Assembly: GCA_032718475.1 (NCBI GenBank) | Contig: JAUCBJ010002048.1 | Coordinates: 1 to 64,000 of the forward strand | Reading direction: 5' to 3' | From: Nemertoderma westbladi | Lineage: Eukaryota; Animalia; Xenacoelomorpha | DNA: 64,000 nt | Part shown: positions 11,439-23,000 of the stretch, piece by piece | How positions within the stretch are numbered: the first letter of the stretch is position 1 | Layout of the letters: each line of letters starts with the position of its first letter | Position numbers and translations under genes: made by a program | Notes under the pieces: model-generated | The model's input: the letters and a program-made list of their open reading frames with translations, nothing else | Databases searched by the model: none | Told to the model about the DNA's origin: nothing

Positions 11439-14400
11439 ATGAGTGTCTCAGACAAGGAGGCACTAGAGGACAGCTATGAGATGGCGGCTGGACCGCCGAC
11501 TGACGATAGCGTCAATATTACTGTTGACGACAATGCCGACTATGACGACGCAGCGAGCGACGCTGACGTAAGTGAACAGGAGGACGAGACAGTGACTAGT
11601 GAGGAAGAACAACAACCTCAAGTAATAGTATTAGGATCCCCTACCGCTACTGTAAGGAAGGACTGTACAGCAGCCCGGACAGAGGTGAGTGATAGGGAGG
11701 GTAGTGTAGCAGAAGCGAGAGCCCGGAGCCCGGTTTCCAGACCTGTGGGTATGGTAAGTGCCGTGGTCCCGACGGCTGTAAGGAGTACCCGTAGTTCCCG
11801 AAATAATCCTTCAAGTCCACCGAGTGTAAGTCAGGTAAGTGATAGAGAGTTCGACACTGCGATAAAGAAGAAACTTCGCGCGCACGCCGGACATATAACT
11901 TGGACGGCGGACAAGGTAAGGAAGATGTTAGCTGACTCAGCGAACATCGGGAGGGTAGAGTTAGCAGAGATTAGAAGAGGATATAACTCAGCGTTATTCA
12001 AGCAGACGGAGGAGCTTGCAGTCCTAGCGAAGAAGGCAGTAGAGTCTCAGTCGAGCGACGTGGCGACGAGGATTTACGATAGGGTTTTGGCAGCCCTGTT
12101 GGAGCACCGCGAGTTATCGGAGCGATTCCGACGAGTTAGGACGGAGAACTGGCTGCTATGGGCATCCCAAGCGCAGGCGACTCAAGTGAGTGACGCAGAG
12201 TTAAGAGACTTAGTGGAGCGAGAAGAGATCCAGGATAAAGAAGAGCGCCGTTATCAGAGGGAAGTTACTAGCTGGCTGATGCAGAATGGAGTGGTGGTAC
12301 CGGGTCAGGTACTACCGACGACGGAGAACATCCAACAGAGGACGTTGACTCCACCCGACGACGCATCCAGAGACAGTGGCGATTCCCAGGTTAGTCACGC
12401 GCGAGGTAAGGTTATATGTGCTAGATCCCTTGTTTCGCACAACTCGGCGGAGGAGAGAAGACGCCGACTGGACGAACAGCAGGCGGAAGTTTTGCGTGCA
12501 TCGGAAGCGCGGAAGGAAGCCGAGCGGGAACGGGAGCGAACACGTAAGTTAGACGCGAAGTTGCGCGAATTGGAAGATAAAGGTAAGAGTGAGCGAGCGG
12601 AACGCGTGCAGAAGGAACGTGAACTTCAACTTGAACGCGAACGCAAGGAACGTGAACTCGAACTTGAACGCGAATGCAAGGAACGCGAACTCGAACTTGA
12701 ACGCGAGCAGAAAGAACGCGAACTCCAGCTCGAACGCGAACGCAAGGAACGCGAACTCCAGCTCGAACGCGAACAGAAGAAATGCGAACTCGAACTTGAA
12801 CGCGAACGCAAGGAACGCGAACTCGAGATCGAGAAGGAGCGACGGGCGTTGTATGAAGAGAAGGCGCGTGTGGAAGAAGAGGGCGCAGCGAGACGAGCGA
12901 GGGAAGAAGAAGAACGTAAACTGGCGCAGTTGGAAAGTGCGAGATTAAGTTTAGAGAGCGAAGAACGGACTAGGAAGGCGAACGAAATCGCCGAGAAGGG
13001 GATGCGAATGATCGAAGAATGTGGGGCGAGTGTAGGGACAGAGTTGCGAGAACTGTTCGCACTGCAGAAGGCCGAACAGGAAGCGAGAACTCCGGCTATA
13101 CGCGAGTCGACGACGACCAGAATTCCTATACCCGGTCCAGCTATTACGAGTACACGGATCGCTAAACCGTTCTCTACATATCGCACGCCAGTTGGTATTA
13201 GTGCTTCACCTATCGCCCAGGATCCACGTCATCGGAACACCGCACCACTATACACCGAACGAGAGAATGAAGAATTTAGAGAAGAAACTCCGACGGGACG
13301 AGTATTTGGCGAACCGAACCCGCGGGTTTGGAATACGCGGACGGAGCGCCGACCCAGTTCGACGGAGAACTTCCGGGTTAAACCGGAAGAGGGATCATAT
13401 GAGAGACAGCGGATTACTCAGATAGAGCCGACTATACAACAGAACCCTAGCCAGGAATTTATTACGAGGGATGAGTTAAGTGCTAGTTTAGCGCAAGCTA
13501 TATCGCCGCACATCCAACCTATAACGGACATGCTTAGCAACCTACGGTTAAAGGAAGCAGCCCAGGTAAGAAGTAATTCTAATCCTAGCAGGCCTGAGTT
13601 AGACAAAGTCCAGCCTAGTCAACGAGTACGCATATCGGAGGAGACTATACCACATAGACCTCAGGTAAGGACGCCTGTCCCGAATATTCATAATCCCAAT
13701 TTCGAAAATTCGGCCGAGAAATTTATACAAGATGCTTGGGTCAGGGCCTCGGCGCGCAAACCATCGCGAGCGCTAAGGACTGACACAGAGTCAAGCGATG
13801 AAGAGGAAGAAATGAGACGTCAGAAGTCCCGAAACTATAAGGAAAGAAGGACCGACGCGGAGCAGGTAAGTTGGAACCACCGGGAAAGGACCAGACTTAA
13901 CAACCCTGCGGAACTAAACCATTTGTTAACCCGCAACGACGCAACCCTTAGGGACATAGGTAAGTTTGCTGCTAGGCAAGGACTGCCGACGCAACAACCC
14001 CAGAAGTTTATGGGTAACCATAAGCATTGGAGGACCTTCAAAACCTATGTCGACGAGCAGCTAACCAACAGCACCTTTACTCCCAACGAGAAGTTCAACT
14101 ATTTGCTTCAGATGCTCCATCGAGAACCTAGAGCCATTGCTGATAACTTCGTCGGCAATGAAAGAGCATTCGAGTTAGCGATGAAGACGCTTAGTGACAT
14201 CTACGGGAATAAAACCAAGATGGCGCAGTCGATAGTAGAAGACTTGGGTAAGGGCGGAAGGATTACAACTCCGTTAGAGCTGTTGAACTTAGCGAACGCT
14301 ATTTCGAACGCATTGGACATCTTGAGGACGGTGAATCTACCTCATCATGGTGATCACGCCGAAGTTTTAAAGAGCGTAATAAGACGTCTAAACATGCGTT

Positions 14401-15101
14401 ATCGACAGAAATGGCGCAAATTAGAAAATAAGTTGGAGGGTCAAGGTAAGGTGTTGACACTTCAGCATATTCATGACATGATAGCCACAGACGCAGTAGC
14501 AGAGATGAAATCAAACTTCTCAGAGGAGAATATGAGGGAGTCTAAGCCTGTTACCGGTAAGTCTATGGTAAGTTTTGACGATGACAGGACCACTGTGACA
14601 TTTAACTCAGTAGACAGATATAATTCGAGTACCCTAGCCTTTAGATCAGACTCGCGAGTATGGTCAGGTGAGCGGTTAGATAGACCTAGGTTAAAGCAAC
14701 AGGAGTTGCCGGATGGATTTGTAGGTTGCCAATACTGTTTACTAAAGGAGGTAAGATCTGACGATCATAAGTTAGATAGTTGCAGACGGTTCAAAGAATT
14801 AAATTCGGAACAGAGAAGAGTTCAAGTGCGGACGTTGGACACCTGTTGGGCATGTCTTGCGCCAGGCCATGTACGGCGGCAGTGCCCGAACAGCAAGGAC
14901 GGATGCATGGAATGCGGCAGACTACATCACAAGTTGCTACATGCGGATTTCCACACCCCAATGGACCGTTACTTACAGCGAAATCCTCACAGGAAGGGGA
15001 GCAAAGAACCCATATCGATAAGGAGGAATACGTATACCGGCATTCAGGATGATGGTTACCAACCAGGTTCATCGGATGAGGATGGCGAGTCGAGCGCGTG
15101 A
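11439..15101 (+). CDS. gag: BEL/Pao Gag (1220 aa): acidic N-terminus, coiled-coil 11-aa repeats, DUF1759-like region, three zinc motifs
   Basis: 'PQKFMGN..HW.TF...EKFNYL' region; CQYC..H..C, CWACLAPGHVRRQC, CMECGRLHHKLLH. Confidence 0.9.
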   Translation: MSVSDKEALEDSYEMAAGPPTDDSVNITVDDNADYDDAASDADVSEQEDETVTSEEEQQPQVIVLGSPTATVRKDCTAARTEVSDREGSVAEARARSPVSRPVGMVSAVVPTAVRSTRSSRNNPSSPPSVSQVSDREFDTAIKKKLRAHAGHITWTADKVRKMLADSANIGRVELAEIRRGYNSALFKQTEELAVLAKKAVESQSSDVATRIYDRVLAALLEHRELSERFRRVRTENWLLWASQAQATQVSDAELRDLVEREEIQDKEERRYQREVTSWLMQNGVVVPGQVLPTTENIQQRTLTPPDDASRDSGDSQVSHARGKVICARSLVSHNSAEERRRRLDEQQAEVLRASEARKEAERERERTRKLDAKLRELEDKGKSERAERVQKERELQLERERKERELELERECKERELELEREQKERELQLERERKERELQLEREQKKCELELERERKERELEIEKERRALYEEKARVEEEGAARRAREEEERKLAQLESARLSLESEERTRKANEIAEKGMRMIEECGASVGTELRELFALQKAEQEARTPAIRESTTTRIPIPGPAITSTRIAKPFSTYRTPVGISASPIAQDPRHRNTAPLYTERENEEFREETPTGRVFGEPNPRVWNTRTERRPSSTENFRVKPEEGSYERQRITQIEPTIQQNPSQEFITRDELSASLAQAISPHIQPITDMLSNLRLKEAAQVRSNSNPSRPELDKVQPSQRVRISEETIPHRPQVRTPVPNIHNPNFENSAEKFIQDAWVRASARKPSRALRTDTESSDEEEEMRRQKSRNYKERRTDAEQVSWNHRERTRLNNPAELNHLLTRNDATLRDIGKFAARQGLPTQQPQKFMGNHKHWRTFKTYVDEQLTNSTFTPNEKFNYLLQMLHREPRAIADNFVGNERAFELAMKTLSDIYGNKTKMAQSIVEDLGKGGRITTPLELLNLANAISNALDILRTVNLPHHGDHAEVLKSVIRRLNMRYRQKWRKLENKLEGQGKVLTLQHIHDMIATDAVAEMKSNFSEENMRESKPVTGKSMVSFDDDRTTVTFNSVDRYNSSTLAFRSDSRVWSGERLDRPRLKQQELPDGFVGCQYCLLKEVRSDDHKLDSCRRFKELNSEQRRVQVRTLDTCWACLAPGHVRRQCPNSKDGCMECGRLHHKLLHADFHTPMDRYLQRNPHRKGSKEPISIRRNTYTGIQDDGYQPGSSDEDGESSA

Positions 15102-15137
15102 GAAGTGACCTGCCAAGGTTTCACCGCGGATAGTTAA

Positions 15138-17693
15138 CCGACCAGCGCGCGGACGTATTTATCATCGGCCACGTCGGAAATATTTAGCGTGATTCCGGTG
15201 AAACTCACTGGCGATAAGGGATCGAAGAGAATATATGTGATGTTGGACACTGCGTCCACATTATCCTATATCGACGAGGAAGTGGCGAGAGCCGTTTCTA
15301 GCTTCCAGGACGCCGAGGAGATCCAAATAGAGTTGAAGTCTATGCACGGGGTAGGAGACCTCAAGGGACACAGAATTTCGGTAGAACTAGATTCCCTACT
15401 TCCGAGAGACCAACATACTCGACAAGAACGGAAAGCTTTGCCATTGGACGGATTTAAGTGTCTAGCTATGAAGGGATTCGGCAGGCAGTTAGGTAAGGTG
15501 CCGCCGATGAGTCCCATAGCACAGGAGTATTTTGACAAGCTCAGGATACCCAGACACCAGGTAGGTTATAGGAATGTTTCTATGTTGATTGGTGCAGAGC
15601 AGCTGATCGCACACCAGATATGGGAAACGAGACCAGCTGAGCCGCATGTCAATGGACCACATGCCCATAGGACTATATTAGGTTGGTATACACGAGTACC
15701 CATGTCTTATGAGTTTACAGGTGGCGACAAGCCAATGAACAGATACGATGAATTACGGCCTATAACTCAACCACCGTTAGTAGAACCACCAGACATAGAC
15801 GAGTTTAGGAGAACCTGTATTGACCACTATAGTGACTTTAGCGAGTCGGACGAGGAGTTGATTCCCGATAATGTTAGGTTGTCGGAACCACTTCATAACG
15901 ACCGGACAGATAGTGAACCCGAGGACTACTGTTATCAGACCCGTGGGTCTGGTTCAGCGGCCCACGCTACCTATTTGACTAACGTTTTGACTTATACTGA
16001 CATAGTGGAGGGTCAGGTGGCTAAATATCGAGACCTAGACATTTTCCAATACAGTGAGGAGGAGCTACAGAAGGAATTGATACGCCAGGACCTCGAGACA
16101 GGAGCCAGAACCGTCGAATGGCTGGATAGGGACGCAATGGAACCCGGTGGATATGACCTAGCCATGTCTACTAATGAGAAACGGTCGCTGGAGATGATGG
16201 AAGACACCATACGTCTACTACCGACTGGACATTTTGAAGTTGGAATGTTGTGGCGTCGACAACCACCTAAGTTGGAGAACAACTATAACTTAGCCTTGAA
16301 AAGATTAAACGGAGTAAGGGCTCGGTTGTTAAGGAATCCGAACATTAGGGAGAAGTATTGCGCCCAGATCAACAACTATTTCGCTAAGGGATTTGCTGGG
16401 AAGGTAGAGGTCCCTGACTTAGTGACAGACCAGACTTATTACCTTCCACACCAATATGTGACTCACCCTGACAAGCCAGACAAAGTCCGAGTAGTCAACG
16501 ACTGCGCAGCAGTCTATAGAGGTATGTCCCTGAATTCAGAGTTGATGGACGGACCCAACCTGAATAATTATTTGATTGGAATACTGTTGCGTTTTAGACA
16601 GCGGCGATTCGCATTTACTTGTGACATCGAGGCGATGTTCCACCAGGTAAGAGCCTGTAAGGCAGACCAGGATAGCCTTCGCTTTCTCTGGTACGAGAAT
16701 GAAGACCTATCCGGCCCAGTGGTTAAATACCAGATGTACGTTAGGATATTTGGCGCCCGCGATAGTCCAAACGGCACGCTGTTTGTTCTAAAGAAAACGG
16801 CAACAGCCCAGATTGGTAAGTATCCAGTAGAGGTAATCGAGTCCATCTTGAGAAACTTCTATATGGACGACGGATTGGTGTCCAAGGACACAGAGGAACA
16901 AGCCATAGAAGTGGCTCACGGCCTGCAAGAGTGCTTGGCTACAGGGGGTTTTCCTCTGACCAAGTTCACTACAAACTCGGAGGCCCTATTAGAGTCGTTC
17001 CCGGTAAAAGATCGCGGGAGCGGAGACATTGAATTGGGGGTAGAACCAATCCCCATGGCGCGAGTACTGGGACTCGCTTGGAATCCGAACTCAGATAAGT
17101 TCCAGGTAAGAGTTAGATTTGAGCCCAGTAGCCCAGACAAAGTTTTGACAAAGAGGATTTGCTTATCGACATTAAGTAGACTATTTGACCCGATGAACTT
17201 TATCAGTCCGGTTATATTACAGGCACGAGCGTGCATGAGGAAAATTTGGTTGTCCGACGTAGAGTGGGACGAACCAATATCTCCTATACATGCAAAGCAG
17301 TGGAGGGAGTGGGAAGCTGAGTTGCATCTATTGAAAAATATAGACGTACCCCGTTCCTACTTTCCGAATCAGCTGGTATTCCCAGCTGATCTCGAACTCC
17401 ATCTGTTTAGTGACGCAAGTGACACCGGCTTTGGTATGGTAGCCTACCTTCGCCGAGAGGTAAGTCAGGACAAGTTTGAGACGGCTTTTGTGACTTCTAG
17501 ATCAAAGACAATGCCGGTCAAATACATGACTGTCCCTCGTGCAGAGTTACAGGCAGCTGTAGTTTCAGTCGAGGTAAGTAAGCAAATAACAGAGGAGTTA
17601 GACACGACATTGACCTTATTCTATTGGACGGACGCATCCTTGGTGTTAGTATACATTGCGGCCGACAATATCCAATATCGAAACTTCCATTAG
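15138..17693 (+). pseudogene. pol: Pol part 1: aspartic protease, RT and truncated Pao RNase H
   Basis: LDTAS protease, 'KVRVVNDC', 'DIEAMFHQV', YMDD, 'LHLFSDAS', 'VPRAELQAA', 'YWTDA'; same frame as gag but separated by two stops; ends before the expected NPAD..SRG motif. Confidence 0.9.
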
Positions 17694-19321
17694 TTAGCGG
17701 ACAACCGTCGCTGGCATTAGAGTCATGCAGTATTTATGACAAATTACTAAATTCGTCTGCCTCTTGGCTGACAATTTGTAAAAGAACTGCGTGGTTAAGC
17801 CGATACGTTTCGTACCTTTGTATAAAACATTTGAAACATTTGAGAGAACCATCGAGCGCTAATAGTGAGCGAATTCAGAAATTGAAACAACCTCTGACAG
17901 AGGATGAGATTGATCAAGCGGAATTAAAGCATTTGAAACATTATCAAATGTGTGCCTTCCCAAAAGAATTCCATCTATTATCGGCTCAACGACCAGTTCT
18001 CTATAAACCCCTTAGAAAATGGAGTCCATTAATCCATAAGGGTTTAATTTGTCATAGATCGAGAATCCAGACTGTCGACATAAACTCACAGTTTCGGTTC
18101 CCAGTGATAATCCCTAGTCACCCAATAGAATTGCAAAGAGCGATTCTATGGGATATACACAAGAGGTTGCATCACGCGGGAAGGTTACACTGTTTGTCGG
18201 CAGCGAGACAGCGATTCATTCTATTGCAGCCAAGCAGGGCAGTAGGCACTATGTACGACGCCTGTCTGGTTTGCAAGAGAGTGAACGCCAGAGTATTGGA
18301 ACAGGAGATGGCTGAACTCCCGGAAGCGAGAGTGCAGGCATATGACCCACCCTTTACGAACACAGGGGTGGATTGTTTTGGTCCGATTGAAGCAAAGAGT
18401 GGACGGCTGACCCACAAGCGATGGGGTCTGCTACTGACATGCATGGCTAGTAGAGCCATACACATTGAGCGTGTGGCAGACATGTCGACCAAATCTCTGC
18501 TCCTGGCCTTGAAGAGATTTATGGCCAGGAGAGGACTAGTAAAGGCGTTCTACTCCGATAAGGGTACAAACTTTGTCAGAGGGAATAGCGAGTTGAACGC
18601 GGCTCATAAAGCGGCACAGAATAAGGAAATTTCTGCAGCACTTTTGCCGCAAAGAGTAGAGTGGAGATTTAATACTCCAGAAAGTCCTTGGAGAGGAGGA
18701 AGTTGGGAGCGTTTAGTTCGCTCTGTAAAGCAGGCCATTGCCAAAACATTGCCTGTAAACAAACAACTTACCGACGACGAACTGGTCACAGCTTTCATTG
18801 AAATCGAGCATACCCTAAACTCGAGGCCGATAGCTATGTTGCCAGACGGTGTTGCATTAACGCCGAATCATTTGCTAATGCAGAGTCCAGCATTTCTTGT
18901 GCCGGCATCAGAACCCATTAGTGCCGACCTATATAGTCGTAAAGGCTGGAAAGTAACACAATTTGTCGCGTACACATTCTGGGAATATTGGCGGGAATAC
19001 TATCTTCCCACCATATCTACCAGAACAAAGTGGTACAAAACGGTTCGGAGTCTCCAAAGGGGAGATTACGTACTGATAACCGAGCCGATTGTCAAGAGAA
19101 AGTACTGGGAGACGGGAGTGATCTTGCACACACACCCAGACGTGCAAAACATAGTGCGCACAGTCACTGTGAAAATTATGTGCAAGTGTCCGCACCCAAA
19201 AAAGTGTAAAACTAATGGTTTACACACCTTGGACCGACCGGTCCAAGATATCGTGTTATTAGAGGAGACACGTATCGAGACGGGAGATTATAATTTGTCT
19301 CCTGCCTCAAAACAGAATTAG
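17690..19321 (+). pseudogene. pol: Pol part 2: integrase (HHCC + DDE), out of frame after an internal deletion
   Basis: H..LHHAG...C..C; GVDCFGP, SDKGTNF, GGSWERLV; 'FWEYWREYYL' C-terminal BEL/Pao motif. Confidence 0.9.
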
Positions 19322-20092
19322 TGTTGGACGCAACTCACTTCGTATGCATTCCTCGTATGCAAATACAAGGAAATGCATAGGAGCGGGGTTGTGGTGACTT
19401 GCGTTGAGTTTTGTCTGGTGGGTATCAAAACGAAATTTTATTTTCAAAAATTTTGGAAAATTTAAAATTTTAAAAATTAGAAGTGAACCCAAGACAATTC
19501 CAGACGCTGTGTATAGACGCGTTTTAGAATTCGTCTATAGATATACAGTAATTTGAAAAGTCGTGAAGCCTGGAAAATAGCATTTAGAAACCATGGTGAC
19601 GGCTATATTACGTAGGAGTGTAAATTGAGTTTAGCAACTTCCACAGATTGGTGCCAACAGTGCAACTAAGGTGCTAAAGGTTAGTAGCACCAGGGGCGTA
19701 CATGGACCCCACTCAGTAGTTTGCAGGATGTGTGATGTTCGATTATCAAACCTGTGGGTTTGGTATAGTCGGGTATTGTGGCTATGGTCCTTTCTAACTA
19801 CTGTAGTTTAGTACGAGTGATGGGAGTAGTTTGGGCATCAAAAAGTGAGTTGGTCACGGCCAGTTTATCTCCAAAGTTTTGCGCTATGCATGGGAATAGG
19901 TTAGAGGATAGTTAGTTAGGAAGAGACGGGATCTAGAGAGTCGAACCTGAACTGCTGGAAGGCGGGGGGGGGGGGGGGGGGGGGGTTCGGGAGGTCTGTC
20001 TTTCGGCGACATCTAACTGATTTACCCACAGTGTAATTGGTTACGTAACGGCACTTATTGGGATATATATATATGTATATACGCGAGGCATA

Positions 20093-23000
20093 ATGGAGAA
20101 GGATATTAGAGCGCAACCGCGCAGAGGATTTACTGCCAGAGAGGAGGCGGAGCTACCATTCGCGCGACCAGGATGTAAAGACTCTAACGTTTACTACCAT
20201 GGGCGGTCCGTGATGGAGCTAAACGGAAAATATAAACCGACTTATGATAAGGAATTACGGAGGGAAAGAATGAGAGCGTTGGGGGACCGGATGGAAGTTT
20301 TGCGGAGAGAGTATCGCACGCGGTATCCCTACGACTTCGCTTTGGACGTATGTGACATTAGTGCAGACCCGGATGAGGAGATCGCACGACTGTACCATAT
20401 GAATATGTATTTACGACACGAAGAACCTCTACCTGCAATCCGAGATCAGTTCGACGGAATGCATCTATACCGGAGGACTCGAGGCGAGGATCAGGAGACG
20501 CCGAAAGTCTTCAGCGTGTACAAGCTGTTCTACAAGTGTGGTGAATGCATGAATAAGCAAGACGTGGCGATTCCCGATCGACTAGACGAGCAACATCCGG
20601 AACCGATATTAACGCGATGTCCAGCTCACCAGTTCCTTAGATACAACGAGGGAGGTTACCCGATGAGCAACCCGATGATCAGTATCGACTTCAGCGGAAA
20701 GCGACCTCCGAGACCCATTACGCCGACCGTTACGACATTAGATCCGTATACGGAGATTAAACCCTGTTCGACACCCAGTTTGATAGAGACGGCAGCGGCC
20801 ATTTCGCTGTACCGAGCCTACAAGGATCTAGAGGCGCGGCGCGAAGCGGCGCGGGACTCGGGTACCAAACCCGCGGGTTTGGAGCTCTCGAGTCCCTGGA
20901 CTGCGTTTACTTCACCTCACCGAGCGAGAAGCCTCACGCCTGAGCATCAGGACGACATAGACGCGTTGCGGCAGGAGGAGCGAGCGGCGAAGGCGAAAGA
21001 GTTATTTGAGAATCGGATAGCGGAGTATAATAAGACCGCGGATAGACATCAAGAGGAGACGAGGAGAGTGACCGGATTTGTTCCACAGGTCGTATCTCAA
21101 CCCCGACCGGTGTATTATTCCGACGGCACCGAACCTGCGATATTAGTAGATCATCCGGAGTCGCGAGAAGCGATACGATTCTTGCCGATGGTAAGAATGG
21201 CGGATCATTGGAACGTTGACTGTCTACGGGAAGTTTTATGCGCGAAGTTCTTGCGTGATGTCCCAATGCAGATCACAGATTACGACACATTGGATAAGAT
21301 TGGAGCTCCGGGGAAGGAGAGTAAATTATTTGGATGGTTGGATAAGTACATCAAGGTATGGGTCGCGGTGGCTACATTCCCAGACGACGAGGAGGTAGAC
21401 CAGACGTGGCTGAGGAGGAAGGGTTCTTATACCCGATATGATGACCACAAGGCTATCGAGCGCATGTGGACCCCATCAGACGAGATTCAGCGTCAGTGGA
21501 GGAAAACGGAGGAATCACTGCAGGATTGGAGGGTGATGTTCTACGACAATGAAGGAGGGTCCCATCAAGAATGTTTGACTAGCAAGTGTATTCAAATTCG
21601 TGCAGCCGATGGTGTGACTCATGTGTTTATGCGTGTGAGGGCGGATCGAGAGAGACCGGAGCCCATCATAACGACACAATATCGGAAGGGGAAGGATCCT
21701 AGGGAGCAGATTTTGGAGGTATGCAGGCGAGGAGGTATGCACGGAGCGGAGCGTATCGACGCCAGGATGCTACCCAAGAAAGTTAGAGAGGCTATTCTCA
21801 ACCAAGATTACGTCAAGGTGGGATCGGGAGTCCAGAGCGATTTGGAGAGCGACTTCAACGCCATGACTGATCTGGAAGATAGATTGCCGAGACCGTTTGT
21901 CGACACCAAGCTATTGTTGCTATGGGCACAGGATATTGGAATTTATAGGGAGTATCCCAACTCTGCCAAGACTGGTATGGGCTTTATAGCACACTTGTTG
22001 TATAATTGGGACTTTAAGTTAAAGACGCAGAAGAAGTACGAGGAGGCGTATGGCGAATACAACACGCCACCGGGAGCGGAGTTCAAATCCCACTTCAAGC
22101 GGCAAGCGTTAGTGTATTGGAACATTTGCGCGCCACCCCGTGCGTCGCTACAATATTATTTGGTGCTTGAGTCGAACACGGTGACTTGTTTATTAGCGGA
22201 TATCGTTGCGCGAGTTTTGAAGCGTCATCCATTGGTATTCGGAGGAGATCAATACGTTCGCTCGAAAGGGGGAATCCAATCCGACGTGATGAAGCGTTTC
22301 TTAACCCCGTTCTTCAACCAATCGTTAGAGAATACGTCGATGGTTAGGAGAGGATTAGCGATATTCCAAGGAGTATATCGACAGAACATCGGAGATTTGG
22401 GAGACCGACCGTCGATGGAGTATCCGACGCCAGAAGCTTTGGAGAAGTGGTTCGGGAATCAAACCCGCGGGTTTCGTACTCCCTTCCACTCGGAGGCTGA
22501 TAGACCTGTTAAGGAGGGCTGGCCGGAGACGTTAGTAGAGGTGTTCGGAGTAGATCTTCCGGTGGAGAAGACATATCCGAAACGAACGCGGGAGGAAATA
22601 TTGGAGATAGAGGACAAGGGCGAGGATGTTTACTTTGTTCCGGATCGACAACCGTTGACCGGAGAGGACGACATCGTATTAGACATTGGGAAGGAAGGAA
22701 GTGCGAAACCGATTGGAGACCTCATATACGAGAGGGCCTGGTTTCCACAAGCGCGTAGGTGCAAATTGTGCGGCAGCACAAGGCACAATCTAAAGTCGTG
22801 CGACGCGGTAGTAGAGGCGGCGCATAAGGTCTGTCGTTGGTGTAATGAGACCGACCATTCGTTTCACACGTGCACCGTCTTCATTTCTCAATGTGGATAT
22901 TGTGGGGTAAAGGGACATCGTAGCGCGAGATGTCAGCTGCGAGATGATTCCTTTCAAAACCATAGCGCTAACCTACTTCGGGAGATGTTAGATAAGTGGG

